Below, piece by piece: positions 14,658 through 25,687 of a stretch of DNA of 64,000 nt. The DNA comes from Eledone cirrhosa (taxonomy: Eukaryota). The DNA lies in the NCBI GenBank assembly GCA_964016885.1, contig OZ024742.1:282348001-282412000 (forward strand). Reading direction: 5' to 3'. The stretch's first letter is position 1. Every line of letters starts with the position of its first letter. Below the pieces are notes generated by a model. The model did no database searches and was not told the origin of the DNA. It saw nothing but the letters and a program-made list of their open reading frames with translations. The position numbers and the translations under genes were made by a program.

Positions 14658-14778
14658 TTATTGACACGTGTTTCTATAACAGTTACATAACCTGAAAACA
14701 GCTGCTATCTACAAAGTTTTAGTTATGCAGACATTCAATATTTCAATGTTATTATTTACTGTCATTTCATCAGAATAA
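14658..14778 (-). ncRNA. hammerhead ribozyme motif with ~92-nt helix II region, in the Penelope 3' UTR/pLTR
   Basis: Minus strand reads ttatt-CTGATGA-(92 nt)-GAAA-cacgtg-TC-aataa. Helix I is 5 bp and helix III is palindromic. Confidence 0.7.
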
Positions 14779-15320
14779 TATTACTGAGGACCTATTTGGT
14801 TTTTATAGAGAATATTAGGAGGGAGGGGTGAAGTTGTTAGAAGAATAGTTGAGGGAGTGGTTTTTTGATAGCAGTGAGAATTTTTGGTGGCAGTGAGTAA
14901 TTAGATTCCCATCTGTTGTTTTGACATTTTTATAGAATATATTATTGGTTATTTTTCTAAATCTATAGAAGGATTAGAGATAGTAAAGATATGCGTGGTT
15001 GGTTTTGTGTTTGCACTTAATTAACATTCAGACTTAAATTTTTCTTTCAAGTGTACGTATCCTTTCACCCACGCATTCACACACAAATATATTTGCACAC
15101 CTCTACAAAATACATATACTCACATTCACATATTCATACTTACATACATATACACATGCATACACATATATATACACACATGTATTCATGTACATACATA
15201 CGCGCTCATGTGTATACATTTTCATACTCAACTTATCTTTATATACACACGTATAGACACACATATATATACATACATACTCTAGTCTATGTGTACACAT
15301 ATACATATACATACACATCC

Positions 15321-15385
<65 letters not shown>

Positions 15386-15482
15386 CACTTTAATACATGA
15401 ATACACTTACATCTAACTATACACATCAAACATATATATATATTTACTTATTTATATACATTTTCACATATATATACATGCT

Positions 15483-15540
15483 TATGGACGTTTTTAGACA
15501 CATTCATTATCGCATATTTGCACCTATTCTCATCAGCATA
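15483..15540 (-). ncRNA. second, degenerate hammerhead-like motif in the Penelope 3' UTR
   Basis: Minus strand reads tatg-CTGATGA-...-AAAA-cg-TC-cata, with GAAA changed to AAAA. Confidence 0.35.
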
Positions 15541-15653
15541 TCTTTCCATTATTAGTGTGGTAATTTAAGGTTATTAATATATGTTGAGAAGAGATTGTTT
15601 TTATATTTTTCTAACTAGATTGAGATTTATATAGTTGGGGGGATGTCCCTCTT

Positions 15654-16043
15654 TTATGTAATATTCGGCTTGTAGTGGGAAAAAAGGGTTTTAGTTCTGT
15701 GACGGCAGAATAATGTTCGTTCAATTCTGTTATTCAGCAGTTTCTTCTTGTGTGTAATTATGTAATAAATCTCAAGATTACACAATTTGCAGAAATTTTG
15801 GCTCCTGGAAAAGCTTTGGGTTTTAGCTAATTTCTCCCATTTTAGGGTAAACTTTTGATCGCTATCCCTAAGCGTCCAAGCTTTTTCTGCTAAAGTTGTT
15901 ACATTTCTTTGGCTCTGGTGTTTTATTGAGTAAGAATGCCTATATAATCGAGATTTAAACGATGTTGCCGTTGATCCCACGTAATACCACTCGTTGCCTC
16001 CGGATTTAATGGTACACTTATAAATAATATTTTTTCCAGGCAA
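15654..16043 (-). CDS. GIY-YIG endonuclease domain of the Penelope-like element (frameshifted from RT)
   Basis: NIIYKC...YYVGST..SFKSRLYRH and CKLCNLEIYYI...LLN..E...CRH motifs. Confidence 0.88.
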   Translation of the reverse strand: MPGKNIIYKCTIKSGGNEWYYVGSTATSFKSRLYRHSYSIKHQSQRNVTTLAEKAWTLRDSDQKFTLKWEKLAKTQSFSRSQNFCKLCNLEIYYIITHKKKLLNNRIERTLFCRHRTKTLFSHYKPNIT

Positions 16044-16164
16044 TTATTGCCGAGGGGGCAGTTGTCAGGATAGGTGCAGTTACAGTTGTGTACGTTGGGT
16101 TTTCTCTGGAGTAGTATTGCGGACGAGCTTAGGTGTGGTTTATTTATGTTCTGTAGTGTATTGT

Positions 16165-17829
16165 CTACTGTTTTTTTGTGTTCTTTGTACTTAAGTTCTT
16201 AGTGTTTTCGTTTAACCTTCTAGTATTGATCTTTTTTATGTGTTGTTCAAGGTTTAACGCTGTAGAGTATGACAGTCTTATAGTGGTAGGGTTTAGGATT
16301 TTGTGGTATGTGTGTGATGTAGGAAAATGTCTCTTAATTATTTTAAAGAAGAGTACTGGTAAATTTGTACTAATGGAACTATTGTATTCGGGGTTATACC
16401 ATAAGTACTCTTTGCATCGCTTTCTATTAGTTTTGTTTGTTGGTTTACTGGTGTGCATACTATGGTAGTAAGTGTGGTTTGGTGTTGTGTTATTATATCT
16501 ACCTATGTGGGATTTATTTTGGGTGTTTTGATTGTTCCCATCTATATACTCTATTTTGTTGAGGTAGCCTGCTTTACTAAGGGTGTTATCGTAGTACTCG
16601 GCGTGTTCCTTAAATACTTGTATGTTAGAAGATAGACCCGAGATTCTAAGGGAAATATTTTTAGGGATAGATTTAATTATAGAGATGGGGTGGTTAGACC
16701 CAACATTTACGTATTTGAGATTTTCATTCAATTTATGAAACGGTTTAATCAAACCAGAGTTTAAATTGAGTGTGACATCCAGGAAGTTAACTACTTTAAG
16801 GTTGTATTCATATGTTATAGTTAGTCCTATTTCGAGTAGTAGTTTTCTTATATCTTTGCGTAGTTTTTCTAGTTTTTGGTTATTTAGGTTTTTAACTAGG
16901 AGAACATCGTCGCGGTATATTCCGCCGTGGAGATTGCTGAATTTTTCCTGGAGTCTAAAGGCGATAAATAACCCCACAATATCAGTTATTTCCGCCGAAT
17001 CGTTAGAGCCCATTGTTATGTCAAAGTTAGAGGGTCTATCTTTACGTGCCCAATAACTGTTCTCAAATTTGACTATAGTTTTCCTAGCTTCTAATATAAT
17101 CTTAATTTCATCGTTTGTAAGGTCAGAGTTATCCTTAGCAAACTTAATGGCTCTATTCAAAGTTTCAGGTGATATCGATGAGTAATATTCATCGATATCA
17201 AACTGGATAAACTTAGATTTATTCTTATTGCTAATGTTATTAAACCATCTTATTGCTTCCTGGGTCTTCCCCCAGAGTTTAATGTTAACCTTAGCCTTAA
17301 TTTGGGGGATGATTCTATCTAAGATATATTTGCTTATTTTACCTATATCTGATTTAGAGGGGCAGATTAATCTAATTTTAGGGTCATTATCAAAGTTTAC
17401 CTTATGGTCCTTAAGATTGAAGGTGGGTACCGCCGGTAAGAGTGGCCCTGTCCTATCTTCGATTCCGAGATTTTTCACTATTTCGCATGCCTCATGATTG
17501 ATGTGCTTAAGAGTTACTTCATTCGTTTTTCTATATTTTTTATGTAATTCTTTTCGAATGAAGTTGTTGTATGTAGTGCAATCCATAGTATACAGGTTTG
17601 ATGTTTTGTCCGCTTTTACTACAATTCCTTTGGTGTTTTTAAGGTCGTCCAGTAGTTTTTTTATATCTTTCTGTAATTTGCTGTTGGTGTTGCGTCCTTT
17701 GAATTTAATTTTAAGGATTAAGTTCATAAGGTCCTGCTCAAATGCATCTAATAGAGGGTTGGTGGGTGGGTTTTTACAAGTCCTAAAACCGAATTTGTTG
17801 TTTGCACCACTTTCTAATGTTGAGTTCAT
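16165..17829 (-). CDS. Penelope-like reverse transcriptase
   Basis: VKADKT, LKDHK, IRLI, FIQFDIDEYYSSI, ITMGS, GIYRDDVL, VNFLDVTLNL, SNHP and WYNP motifs. The frame extends upstream to ~17873 (RRVRWK). Confidence 0.93.
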   Translation of the reverse strand: MNSTLESGANNKFGFRTCKNPPTNPLLDAFEQDLMNLILKIKFKGRNTNSKLQKDIKKLLDDLKNTKGIVVKADKTSNLYTMDCTTYNNFIRKELHKKYRKTNEVTLKHINHEACEIVKNLGIEDRTGPLLPAVPTFNLKDHKVNFDNDPKIRLICPSKSDIGKISKYILDRIIPQIKAKVNIKLWGKTQEAIRWFNNISNKNKSKFIQFDIDEYYSSISPETLNRAIKFAKDNSDLTNDEIKIILEARKTIVKFENSYWARKDRPSNFDITMGSNDSAEITDIVGLFIAFRLQEKFSNLHGGIYRDDVLLVKNLNNQKLEKLRKDIRKLLLEIGLTITYEYNLKVVNFLDVTLNLNSGLIKPFHKLNENLKYVNVGSNHPISIIKSIPKNISLRISGLSSNIQVFKEHAEYYDNTLSKAGYLNKIEYIDGNNQNTQNKSHIGRYNNTTPNHTYYHSMHTSKPTNKTNRKRCKEYLWYNPEYNSSISTNLPVLFFKIIKRHFPTSHTYHKILNPTTIRLSYSTALNLEQHIKKINTRRLNENTKNLSTKNTKKQ

Positions 17830-17917
17830 ACGGCTTCTATCATAGTGGAGCGTTTTCCACCTGACACGTCGAATATATATAGCATAGGATGGCTGGAACA
17901 GGTAAAAGAGTAAAAGA

Positions 17918-17973
<56 letters not shown>

Positions 17974-18012
17974 AGTAAGAATATTTTCGAAACAGCGAGT
18001 TGGTTTGAAATT

Positions 18013-18288
18013 ATTAGAAATGTTAGCTATCGCCGTATTTTGACTAAAGAAATTAAAGAAATTATTTAGCCTGATAGTGGGGTTAAGAACCCTCGGAGAA
18101 ATGGAAAAAGAAGAGTATTGACGTACATGTATGCGTATATATGTGTATATACAAATATAAATACATACTCTGTCTCTCTCTCGTACGTCAATACTCATCT
18201 TTTTCAATTTCTCCGAGGGTTCTTAACCCCACTATCAGGCTAAATAATGTTTTTAATTTCTTTAGTCAAAATACGGCGATACCTTAAA

Positions 18289-18296
<8 letters not shown>
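18013..18296. repeat. inverted repeat with ~100-bp arms and a 56-bp spacer, within (TA)n
   Basis: 18028-18126 is the reverse complement of 18183-18281. Confidence 0.9.
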
Positions 18297-18351
<55 letters not shown>

Positions 18352-18825
18352 AACCAGTAGAGCAAATATTTATTATGAAACCAACGATTCTTTGCTTAAA
18401 CTTTAATCTGTTCTTATAATATGTATGTGTGTGTGTGTGAGAGAGAAAGAGGGGGGGTATTCCATATTAATTTTTTTGTTTGAGGTGAGGGTGCTTTATT
18501 TCAGACCGCATGGAAGTCATAGATTTCTCTCAATTGCGCAACTGTAAATTGCATCTGTTTACGCTAATGACAGTGACTAACTTTTAAAAAAGGGTTTTTT
18601 TTTCTATCTAGAAGCATAGGATTTGACACGAGAATGTCTGTATGTCTGGAATCACTTGTAGGTGCAAATGAAGCAATTAAACGTGTGTGTGATGGTGGTA
18701 ATGTAGCATGAGGGAGTTGTAATAACGGACGCGAGTGACAGGAAGAGAGAGGAAGTAGTAGATAGAGAAAGAGAGGGATACATACAAAAAGACATATACA
18801 TGGACATAGCTACTGATAGATAGAT

Positions 18826-18890
<65 letters not shown>

Positions 18891-21800
18891 TGTTTCTTTT
18901 ATTTGCCACTAGGGCATCAAAAGTGGGACAAGTACAAAGGGGGGAGTTTACACAAAAAGGCATCCTCAATAAGGAGGAGGCAATAACAAAATATAAAAAT
19001 AAAATAAGATATAACAAAAAATAAAATTTTTAACAAAATCCTCAATAGAGAGGAGGCGCCTTGGGGGGTCGCACACACCCCCGAATAAAGTGTGCAACCC
19101 TTCTCCTCAGGAGCACAGAGAAGGGGTGCTCCCTTGGTCTTTCATCTTCCTCACCTATAGTCTGATGTAGAGTGAAGGCCCATTCACACGGGCCATTCTC
19201 GCCACTTTCACCCATCTTTCATAGAAACGGCTGGGGTGCAGCACCTCTCTCTCCATCCTGATCCTTCTTCCGAAATGATATCGGAAGAAACGGACCAGTT
19301 GTTGGCCAGAGAGAAAGGTGCCTGACCTCAGTCCTTTCAGACGCGTCCACCATACAACCTCTTTCGCCATGGCTATTACGCACAGAAACACCGCCTCTGC
19401 TTCATCTTTGAAGGGGGGAGGCGGCTTGATCATTACAATAGACTCGGTGGTCAGCAGTTGTTCGACATAGCCCCACAGATCGGCTACGCCCGAGCAGTGT
19501 ACCAATGCGTGTGCAACGGTTTCCTCGTCGCACACGCATCTGGGACAGATCTTTTTGGCGGGGTTCCTACCCGGGCGCCCGTGTCTGTAGAGCCTTTCTC
19601 GAACGGGTAAAGCCCCTCGGTAGCACTGCCAGGCCAGGGACTTCTGGAAGTTGTCCATAGGTCCTGGGCTGAATGTCCTACCGAACAGGCCGGCCAGTTC
19701 GTCCTCCTCCATGTCTAGGGCTTCTCCGAGGGCGTCGTCGCACCTGCTGCGTACCAGCCCTCTATAGAATGTTGCGGTGGAGTCTCCACTGATAACCGGA
19801 TCCGCCTGCCAGAGGGCGGTGAGCGCCTGGGCACACTCAGTGTGCCAGGCGCCCAGTTTTCTCGGTCTTTGCTTGACCCAGGATTGCAGCTCGGTGAGTG
19901 AGACGAGTCTGGGAAAGGTTCGTCTCACAAACGAGGCCCACACCGGTTGTCCGGTGAGGAATACGTAGAGGTGCCGTAGCCTTAATGCGTGTTTACGCAT
20001 CATTAGCCACGGCATCCCCAGCCCTCCTTTCGAAGGGTGTTGACAGCAGATGGATCTCCTCACCATAGGAGCCCGCCTCTTCCAAAGGAATTGGAAGAGC
20101 GCGCGCTCCATCTTGGTGAGGGTTTCCCTTGGGCAGGGCACTACGGTCAGGCGGTAGTAGATGACGGACGCTATGTAGGTGTTCGCCACTTCCGCCCGAC
20201 CTTTCAGGGATAGTTTGCAACTGGCCCACTTCTGGGTCAGTGCAAACACCCTGTTCGTAACCTCCGCCCAGTTTTTCTCCACCTGGAGGTCCGGTCCGAA
20301 CCAGACCCCGAGCAACTTCACCGGGCCCTCCGTCCAGCGTCCGACGACGCTATCGGAGGGCATCGGTCTGCCCCTCCACGTGCCGAGTTGCAAACCGATC
20401 GACTTGTCCCGGTTCAGCTTAGCCCCTGTGAACCTTTCGTACTCCTCCAGTAAGGTGCCGACCGCCTCGATTTTGGAGGCCGTCGACACCATTACTGTCA
20501 CGTCATCGGCGTAGGCCGACACCGCTTTCCGCAATCCCGGTTCCAAGGGGATGCCCTGCAACAACTCCAACTTCCGCAGTAGTGGCTCGAGAGTCAACAC
20601 ATACAGAAGGGAGGAGAGAGGGCACCCTTGTCGGATGGACCGCGCGATTTGGAACGGCTCCGAGAGGTAGCCGTTCACCTTGACCCTAGAGCAGATGCGG
20701 CTGCTGTGCATAGCAGTGATCCAGCCCCTGAAAACGGGTCCGAAGCCTGCCGCCGCTAGCACCGCATCCAGGTAACCATGGTCGACCCTATCGAACGCCT
20801 TAGATTGATCCAAGTTGATCAGAGCCCCACCAAAGCCGGGTTCGTTCCCAACCCTCTCTATGATGTATCGCATGAGGTGGAGGTTGTCATGGATGGACCT
20901 GGACGGGATGGCGCATGTCTGCGCATCTCCCACCAGGTTGCCCACGACAAGCGCCAACCTCTTTGCTAGCACCTTGGCCAAAATCTGTAACTCTGTATTT
21001 AGCAGTGTTATGGGCCTGAAGTTACTTATTTCGTCCCCCTTATTCTCGTCCTTCCTCACTAGCGTGACTACGCCCTTGGTCACAGTACAGGGAATTCTCC
21101 CGTTCTGTTGCCAGTTGCAGTAGACCGCCTCGAGGAGATCGGGGAACAAGTCCGGCATAGCTAGATATAATTCGTAAGGAAGACCATCGAGACCCGGGGA
21201 TTTGCGTTTGCCGCATTGGCTCAGCACGTCCTCTATCTCAGCGGCCGAAATCGGCTCCTCGCAGGACTTCGCCTCCCTGTCCGAGAGGCGCGGCAGGCCG
21301 TCGAGGTATGGACCGAAGTCCACGTTCCCAACCGGCTCCCCGCCCCTCCCGAACAGTCGGGCAAAGTGCCTTTGAAAGGCCTCACACATCTGCTTAGGCT
21401 CAAGAATCGCCCGTCCATCCAGGTCTCGCAAAGACCGGATGGTGGATTTAGTTCCACTGTTGGCCTCTGTCACGCGGGCCCAGCTAACAGCTTTGGTCCC
21501 CTCGTTCCCTAGAGCACGTATTTTACTTCGGACAACGCAGCCTTCGTGCTTCGCGTCGAAAAACTGGCTCAAAGCCGTTCTCGACGCTAGCACTCTGGCC
21601 ACGTCGCCGCTTCTAATTGCCTCTTCTACTCTATCTATTAGCTCCCTTTCCTTCCTATTCCTATCCGCAGCTAGAACCTTACTAAATTCTATCGAGACTA
21701 CTCTAATCTCTCTCTTTAGAGATACCCACCACCTGCTGTTGACGATCGCTCCAGTCAACCGTTCCTTAACTAACGTACTAATCCGATTCCTGTAGGCTCT

Positions 21801-21925
21801 ACTTGCCGGCAAGGACAAGTTGAGCTTCCAGTAACCGGGGCCCTGTCTATGAGTTCTGTCAAGGTTGACCATTTGTGGTCTGAATAGCCAACCATGCGCA
21901 TTTTTGGACAACTTAAAAAGTCCTT
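18891..21925 (-). mobile_element. Tx1/L1-clade LINE copy A, 5'-truncated, in (GATA)n
   Basis: Uninterrupted ORF2 from the APE C-terminus (SDHK, PGYWKLN) to the stop. 3' UTR has AATAAA and both flanks are (TAGA)n. Confidence 0.93.
19155..21911 (-). CDS. Tx1-like ORF2 (RT plus zf-RVT), N-terminally truncated
   Basis: KSPGLDGLP, NFRPITLLN, DQSKAFDRV, IRQGCPLS, AYADDV, GGLGMP and CPRC...ETVAH...C motifs. The annotated Met is not the real start. Confidence 0.93.
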   Translation of the reverse strand: MSKNAHGWLFRPQMVNLDRTHRQGPGYWKLNLSLPASRAYRNRISTLVKERLTGAIVNSRWWVSLKREIRVVSIEFSKVLAADRNRKERELIDRVEEAIRSGDVARVLASRTALSQFFDAKHEGCVVRSKIRALGNEGTKAVSWARVTEANSGTKSTIRSLRDLDGRAILEPKQMCEAFQRHFARLFGRGGEPVGNVDFGPYLDGLPRLSDREAKSCEEPISAAEIEDVLSQCGKRKSPGLDGLPYELYLAMPDLFPDLLEAVYCNWQQNGRIPCTVTKGVVTLVRKDENKGDEISNFRPITLLNTELQILAKVLAKRLALVVGNLVGDAQTCAIPSRSIHDNLHLMRYIIERVGNEPGFGGALINLDQSKAFDRVDHGYLDAVLAAAGFGPVFRGWITAMHSSRICSRVKVNGYLSEPFQIARSIRQGCPLSSLLYVLTLEPLLRKLELLQGIPLEPGLRKAVSAYADDVTVMVSTASKIEAVGTLLEEYERFTGAKLNRDKSIGLQLGTWRGRPMPSDSVVGRWTEGPVKLLGVWFGPDLQVEKNWAEVTNRVFALTQKWASCKLSLKGRAEVANTYIASVIYYRLTVVPCPRETLTKMERALFQFLWKRRAPMVRRSICCQHPSKGGLGMPWLMMRKHALRLRHLYVFLTGQPVWASFVRRTFPRLVSLTELQSWVKQRPRKLGAWHTECAQALTALWQADPVISGDSTATFYRGLVRSRCDDALGEALDMEEDELAGLFGRTFSPGPMDNFQKSLAWQCYRGALPVRERLYRHGRPGRNPAKKICPRCVCDEETVAHALVHCSGVADLWGYVEQLLTTESIVMIKPPPPFKDEAEAVFLCVIAMAKEVVWWTRLKGLRSGTFLSGQQLVRFFRYHFGRRIRMEREVLHPSRFYERWVKVARMARVNGPSLYIRL

Positions 21926-22052
21926 AGATAGATAGATAGATAGATAAAACGGTATGTAGGTAGGTAGGTATTTAATAGGTAAGTAATCGGATAGCAAGAT
22001 AAGTAAATAGGTAAGAAGATAGGTAAGTTGTTAGGTAGGAAGATAGATATAT

Positions 22053-23018
22053 ATCTTTCTTTATTTGCCACAGGGGCGTACAAAGATGGAACATTACAAG
22101 ACGTGACGGCGGGGGTTTTACATAAAAATCATATAACATTAACATTAATAAATAACAAACTATATATAATAAAATAACAATTGAAATCCCCAATAGGGGG
22201 GGAACGTTACTGCAGGTTTTTTTTACAACCCATGGATAGAACAACCCTCAACATCAGGAACACGTTTTGTAGGTGTTCCTGTCTTCCCTCTGTTTATCTT
22301 CCTCAACTTACAGGTTTATATACAGAGAAGGCCCATTCACTCGGGTCATTTTCGCCACAGTCACCCACCTTTCGGCGAATTTACTGGGGTGTTGCACCTC
22401 TCTCTCCACTCTCACCTTCTTTCTGAAGTGGTACTTAAAGAAGGGGATAAGTTGTTGTCCGGCGATAAAGGTGTTTGCCGTCAGTTCTATTAACCTCGTC
22501 CATCATATTACCTGCTTCGGCATAGCCACCAGACAGGAAAACCGCCTCTCCTTCGTGCTTTAATGAAGGCGGCGGGGTGATCCTCACCATGGACTCCGCT
22601 GACAACTGGATGCGTCCCACACGTGACAGTAGCTGTTCGACATAATTCCACAGGTCGGTCAACCCTGGACACTGAACAATTGCGTGCAGAACGGTTTCGT
22701 TGTCCTGCTCGCATCTTGGACAGGTCCTTTTGGCAGGATCTCTGCCAGGGCGTCAGTGCCTGTAGATTTTGTCTAGACCTGGTAGAGCTCCTCGGTAGCA
22801 CTGCAAGGCCAAAGACCTCTGGAAGTTATATATAGGCCCTGGACGGAAAGTCCTCCCGAACAGACTGTTCAGTTCGTCCTCCTCGATGCCTAGAGTTTCC
22901 CCCGAGAACGTCGTCGCACTTATCCTCCACTAATCCCTTATAGAATGTCGAAGTGGAGTCTCCGCTGATTGCCGTTTCCGCTTGGTAGAGGGCTGTGAGC
23001 ACCTGAAGGCACTCGAAG
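22053..23018 (-). mobile_element. Tx1-like LINE copy B, ~1-kb frameshifted 3' fragment of a different subfamily
   Basis: Translated fragments (DLWNYVEQLLSRVGRIQLSAESM) match the copy A C-terminus. Flanks are GATA/GGTA. Confidence 0.85.
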
Positions 23019-23019
23019 G

Positions 23020-23065
<46 letters not shown>

Positions 23066-23283
23066 GATAGATATATTTATTTATTTACCATAAAGGCATA
23101 AAAAGAAGGGACAAATACAAAGGGGGAGTTTACATACAATCGAGTAAAAAGGGTATAAAATGAAAATAATCGAAAATAACCTCAAAAGGGAGGGGACGTG
23201 ATGGGGGTTGCACCGAAAAAGTGTGCAATCCTTTGCCCGGGGAGCACATGGAGAAGGTGCTCCCCTCTCCTTCACTTCTTTAC

Positions 23284-25654
23284 CTACAAGATGGTACACA
23301 GAGAAGGCCCATTTACACGAGCCATTCTCGCCACTATCACCCACCTTTCATAAAACTGCCTGTGGCCAAGCACCTCTCTCTCCATTCTTATCCTTCTTCC
23401 GAAGTGATATCGGAAGAAGTAGACCAGACTATGGCCAGAGAGGAAGTTGCCTGACCTCAGACCTTTCAATCGTGTCCACCAAACAACCTCTTTCAACATG
23501 GCTATTACGCACAGAAAAAACCGCCTTTGCTTCCTTTGTGAAGAGGGGAGGCGGTTTGATTGTCATCACGGACTCGGCGGTCAATTTAATCGACGCCACC
23601 CGCGACAGCAGTCGTTCGGCGTAGCCCCACAGATCAGCCACGCCCAGACATTGCACCAATGCGTGCGCAACGGTTTCTTCGTGACGCACGCATCTAGGGC
23701 AAATCTTTTTTGAGGGATCCCTGTGATCGTGTGATTTCGAACGGCTTCGAAAGGTAGCCGTTCACCTTGATCCTAGAACAGATGTGGTTGCTATGTAAGG
23801 CAGTGATCCAGCCTCTGAAAACAGGACCGAACCCAGCCGCCGCTAGCACCGCATCATGGTAACCATGGTCGACCCTATCGAAGGCCTTAGATTGATCCAA
23901 GTTGATGAGGGCCCCACCGAAACCGGGTTTGTTGCCAACCCTCACTATGATGTATCGTATGAGGTGGAGGTTATTGTGAATGGACCTGGATGGGATAGCA
24001 CATGTCTGCGCATCTCCCACCAGGCTACCCACGACAAGCGCCAACCTCTTTGCTAAAACCTTGGCCAAAATCTTTAACTCTGTGTTTAGCAGGGTTATGG
24101 GCCGAAAATTATTTATACTATCCCCCTTGTTCTCGTCCTTCCTCACCAGCGAGACTACGCCCTTGGCTACAGAACAAGGAATTCTCCCGTTCTGCTGCCA
24201 ATTGCAGTAGACCGCTTCGAGGAGTTCGGAGAATAAGACCGGCATTGCTAAATAAAGTTCGTAAGGTATACCATCGAGACCTGGAGATTTGCGTCTGCTG
24301 CATTGGCTCAGCGCATCTCCGATCTCATCAGCCGAGATTGGTCCCTCGCAGGACTCTGCCTCTTCGCTCGAGAGACGCGTCAGGCCGTCGAGGTATGGAC
24401 CGAAATCCACGTCCCCGCCCGGACCCTCGCCTCCCCCGAATAATCGGGCAAAGTGCCTTTGAAAGGCCTCGGACATCTGCTTAGGCTCCCGGATCACCCG
24501 TCCATCCTCGTCTTGCAACGACCGGATGGTGGATCGATTTCCACTCTTAGCTTCTGTCACGCGGGCCCAGCCAACGGCTTTGGCCCCCTCATTACCTAGA
24601 GCACGTATTTTACTTCGAATGACGCAGCCTTCGTGCTTTGCATCGAAAAACTGGTTCAAGGCCGTCCTCGATGCCAGCACTCTGGCCACATCTTCGCTCT
24701 TGATTGCCTCTTCTAATTTACCTGTTAATTATTTCTCGTTTCTATTCCTATCGGCAGCTAACATCTTGCTATAACTTATTGATTCTGTTCTAATCTCTCT
24801 TTTGAGAGATGCCCACCATCGGTTGTTGACGATTGTACCCGTCAACCTCTCCTTAACTAATCTGCTAATCCGGTTTCTGTATGTCTCTTTTGCCGGTAAA
24901 GACAAATTAAGTTTCCAGTAACCGGGACCCTGTTCATGTGTTTTCTCGAGATTGACTACGCAGGTCACTAATTTGTGATCCGTATAGCCAACCGTGCGCA
25001 TTTCTGGACAGCTTAATATGTCCCTATCCTGACTTCTAACTAAGAATTTATCTAAGTACGATCTAGATTGACCACTGTGGTTTCTCCAAGTCCAGGTAGG
25101 CACAGTTGGAAAATCTAGTCGATATCTATCGACCAAGTTAAAACGGTCGAGTAACCCTTGAGGCTGTTACACCCCCCTCTATTAGGACATGCTCCTGCAT
25201 AGTCCCAACGTGCATCTAGGATGTCATTCCAATCCCGCGCTAGAAGCAGGGAACGCGACGTTCCCAGAAAAGTCTCCAAACGCTGGAAGAAGTCGGGCCG
25301 TTCAACTCCGGAAGGGGAGTAGACGGCGACCAGTCTCAAGGCCGCACCTTCACTACTGCCAACGTCTAGCACCAACAAACGACCCTCCGGGTCCGAGTGA
25401 ACAACCTGTACGGCAAGACCCAGGTGTTTTTGCAGCAGTACGACAACCCCACCCCCACCTCTAGGTTGACAGAGAGATGCATGCACCACAAAGTCATCGA
25501 AGGTAGGGGTCAGCTGCCGCACGACGCTGATCCGAGTCTCACAGATAACCATTACATTTATACCACATGACCTGAGGTCATTTAGAAGCTTTGTTTGCTT
25601 CCAAGTTGAGCCCAGGCCACGTGCATTCAAACATCCTACTCTTAACACGTCCAT
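23284..25654 (-). pseudogene. frameshifted, internally deleted ORF2 (APE-RT) of Tx1 copy C
   Basis: APE motifs (SYLDKF, TDHK), RT domains up to DQSKAFDRV, and a C-terminal WWTR motif. Confidence 0.85.
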
Positions 25655-25687
25655 GTGGGCGGCAGAGCCAAAGGAGAGTGTAGAGAC

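Larger units (their letters stand above)
14508..17873 (-). mobile_element. Penelope-like retroelement, 5'-truncated, C-terminal GIY-YIG, inserted in (TA)n
   Basis: RT and GIY-YIG ORFs, CxCx5Cx5C linker at 16040-16084, hammerhead motif in the 3' region, (TA)n at both ends. Confidence 0.9.

Noticed and set aside
16178-17845. Plus-strand ORFs over the Penelope RT (likewise antisense ORFs over the Tx1 and R4 copies)
   Set aside because: They are antisense shadows of real retroelement ORFs.
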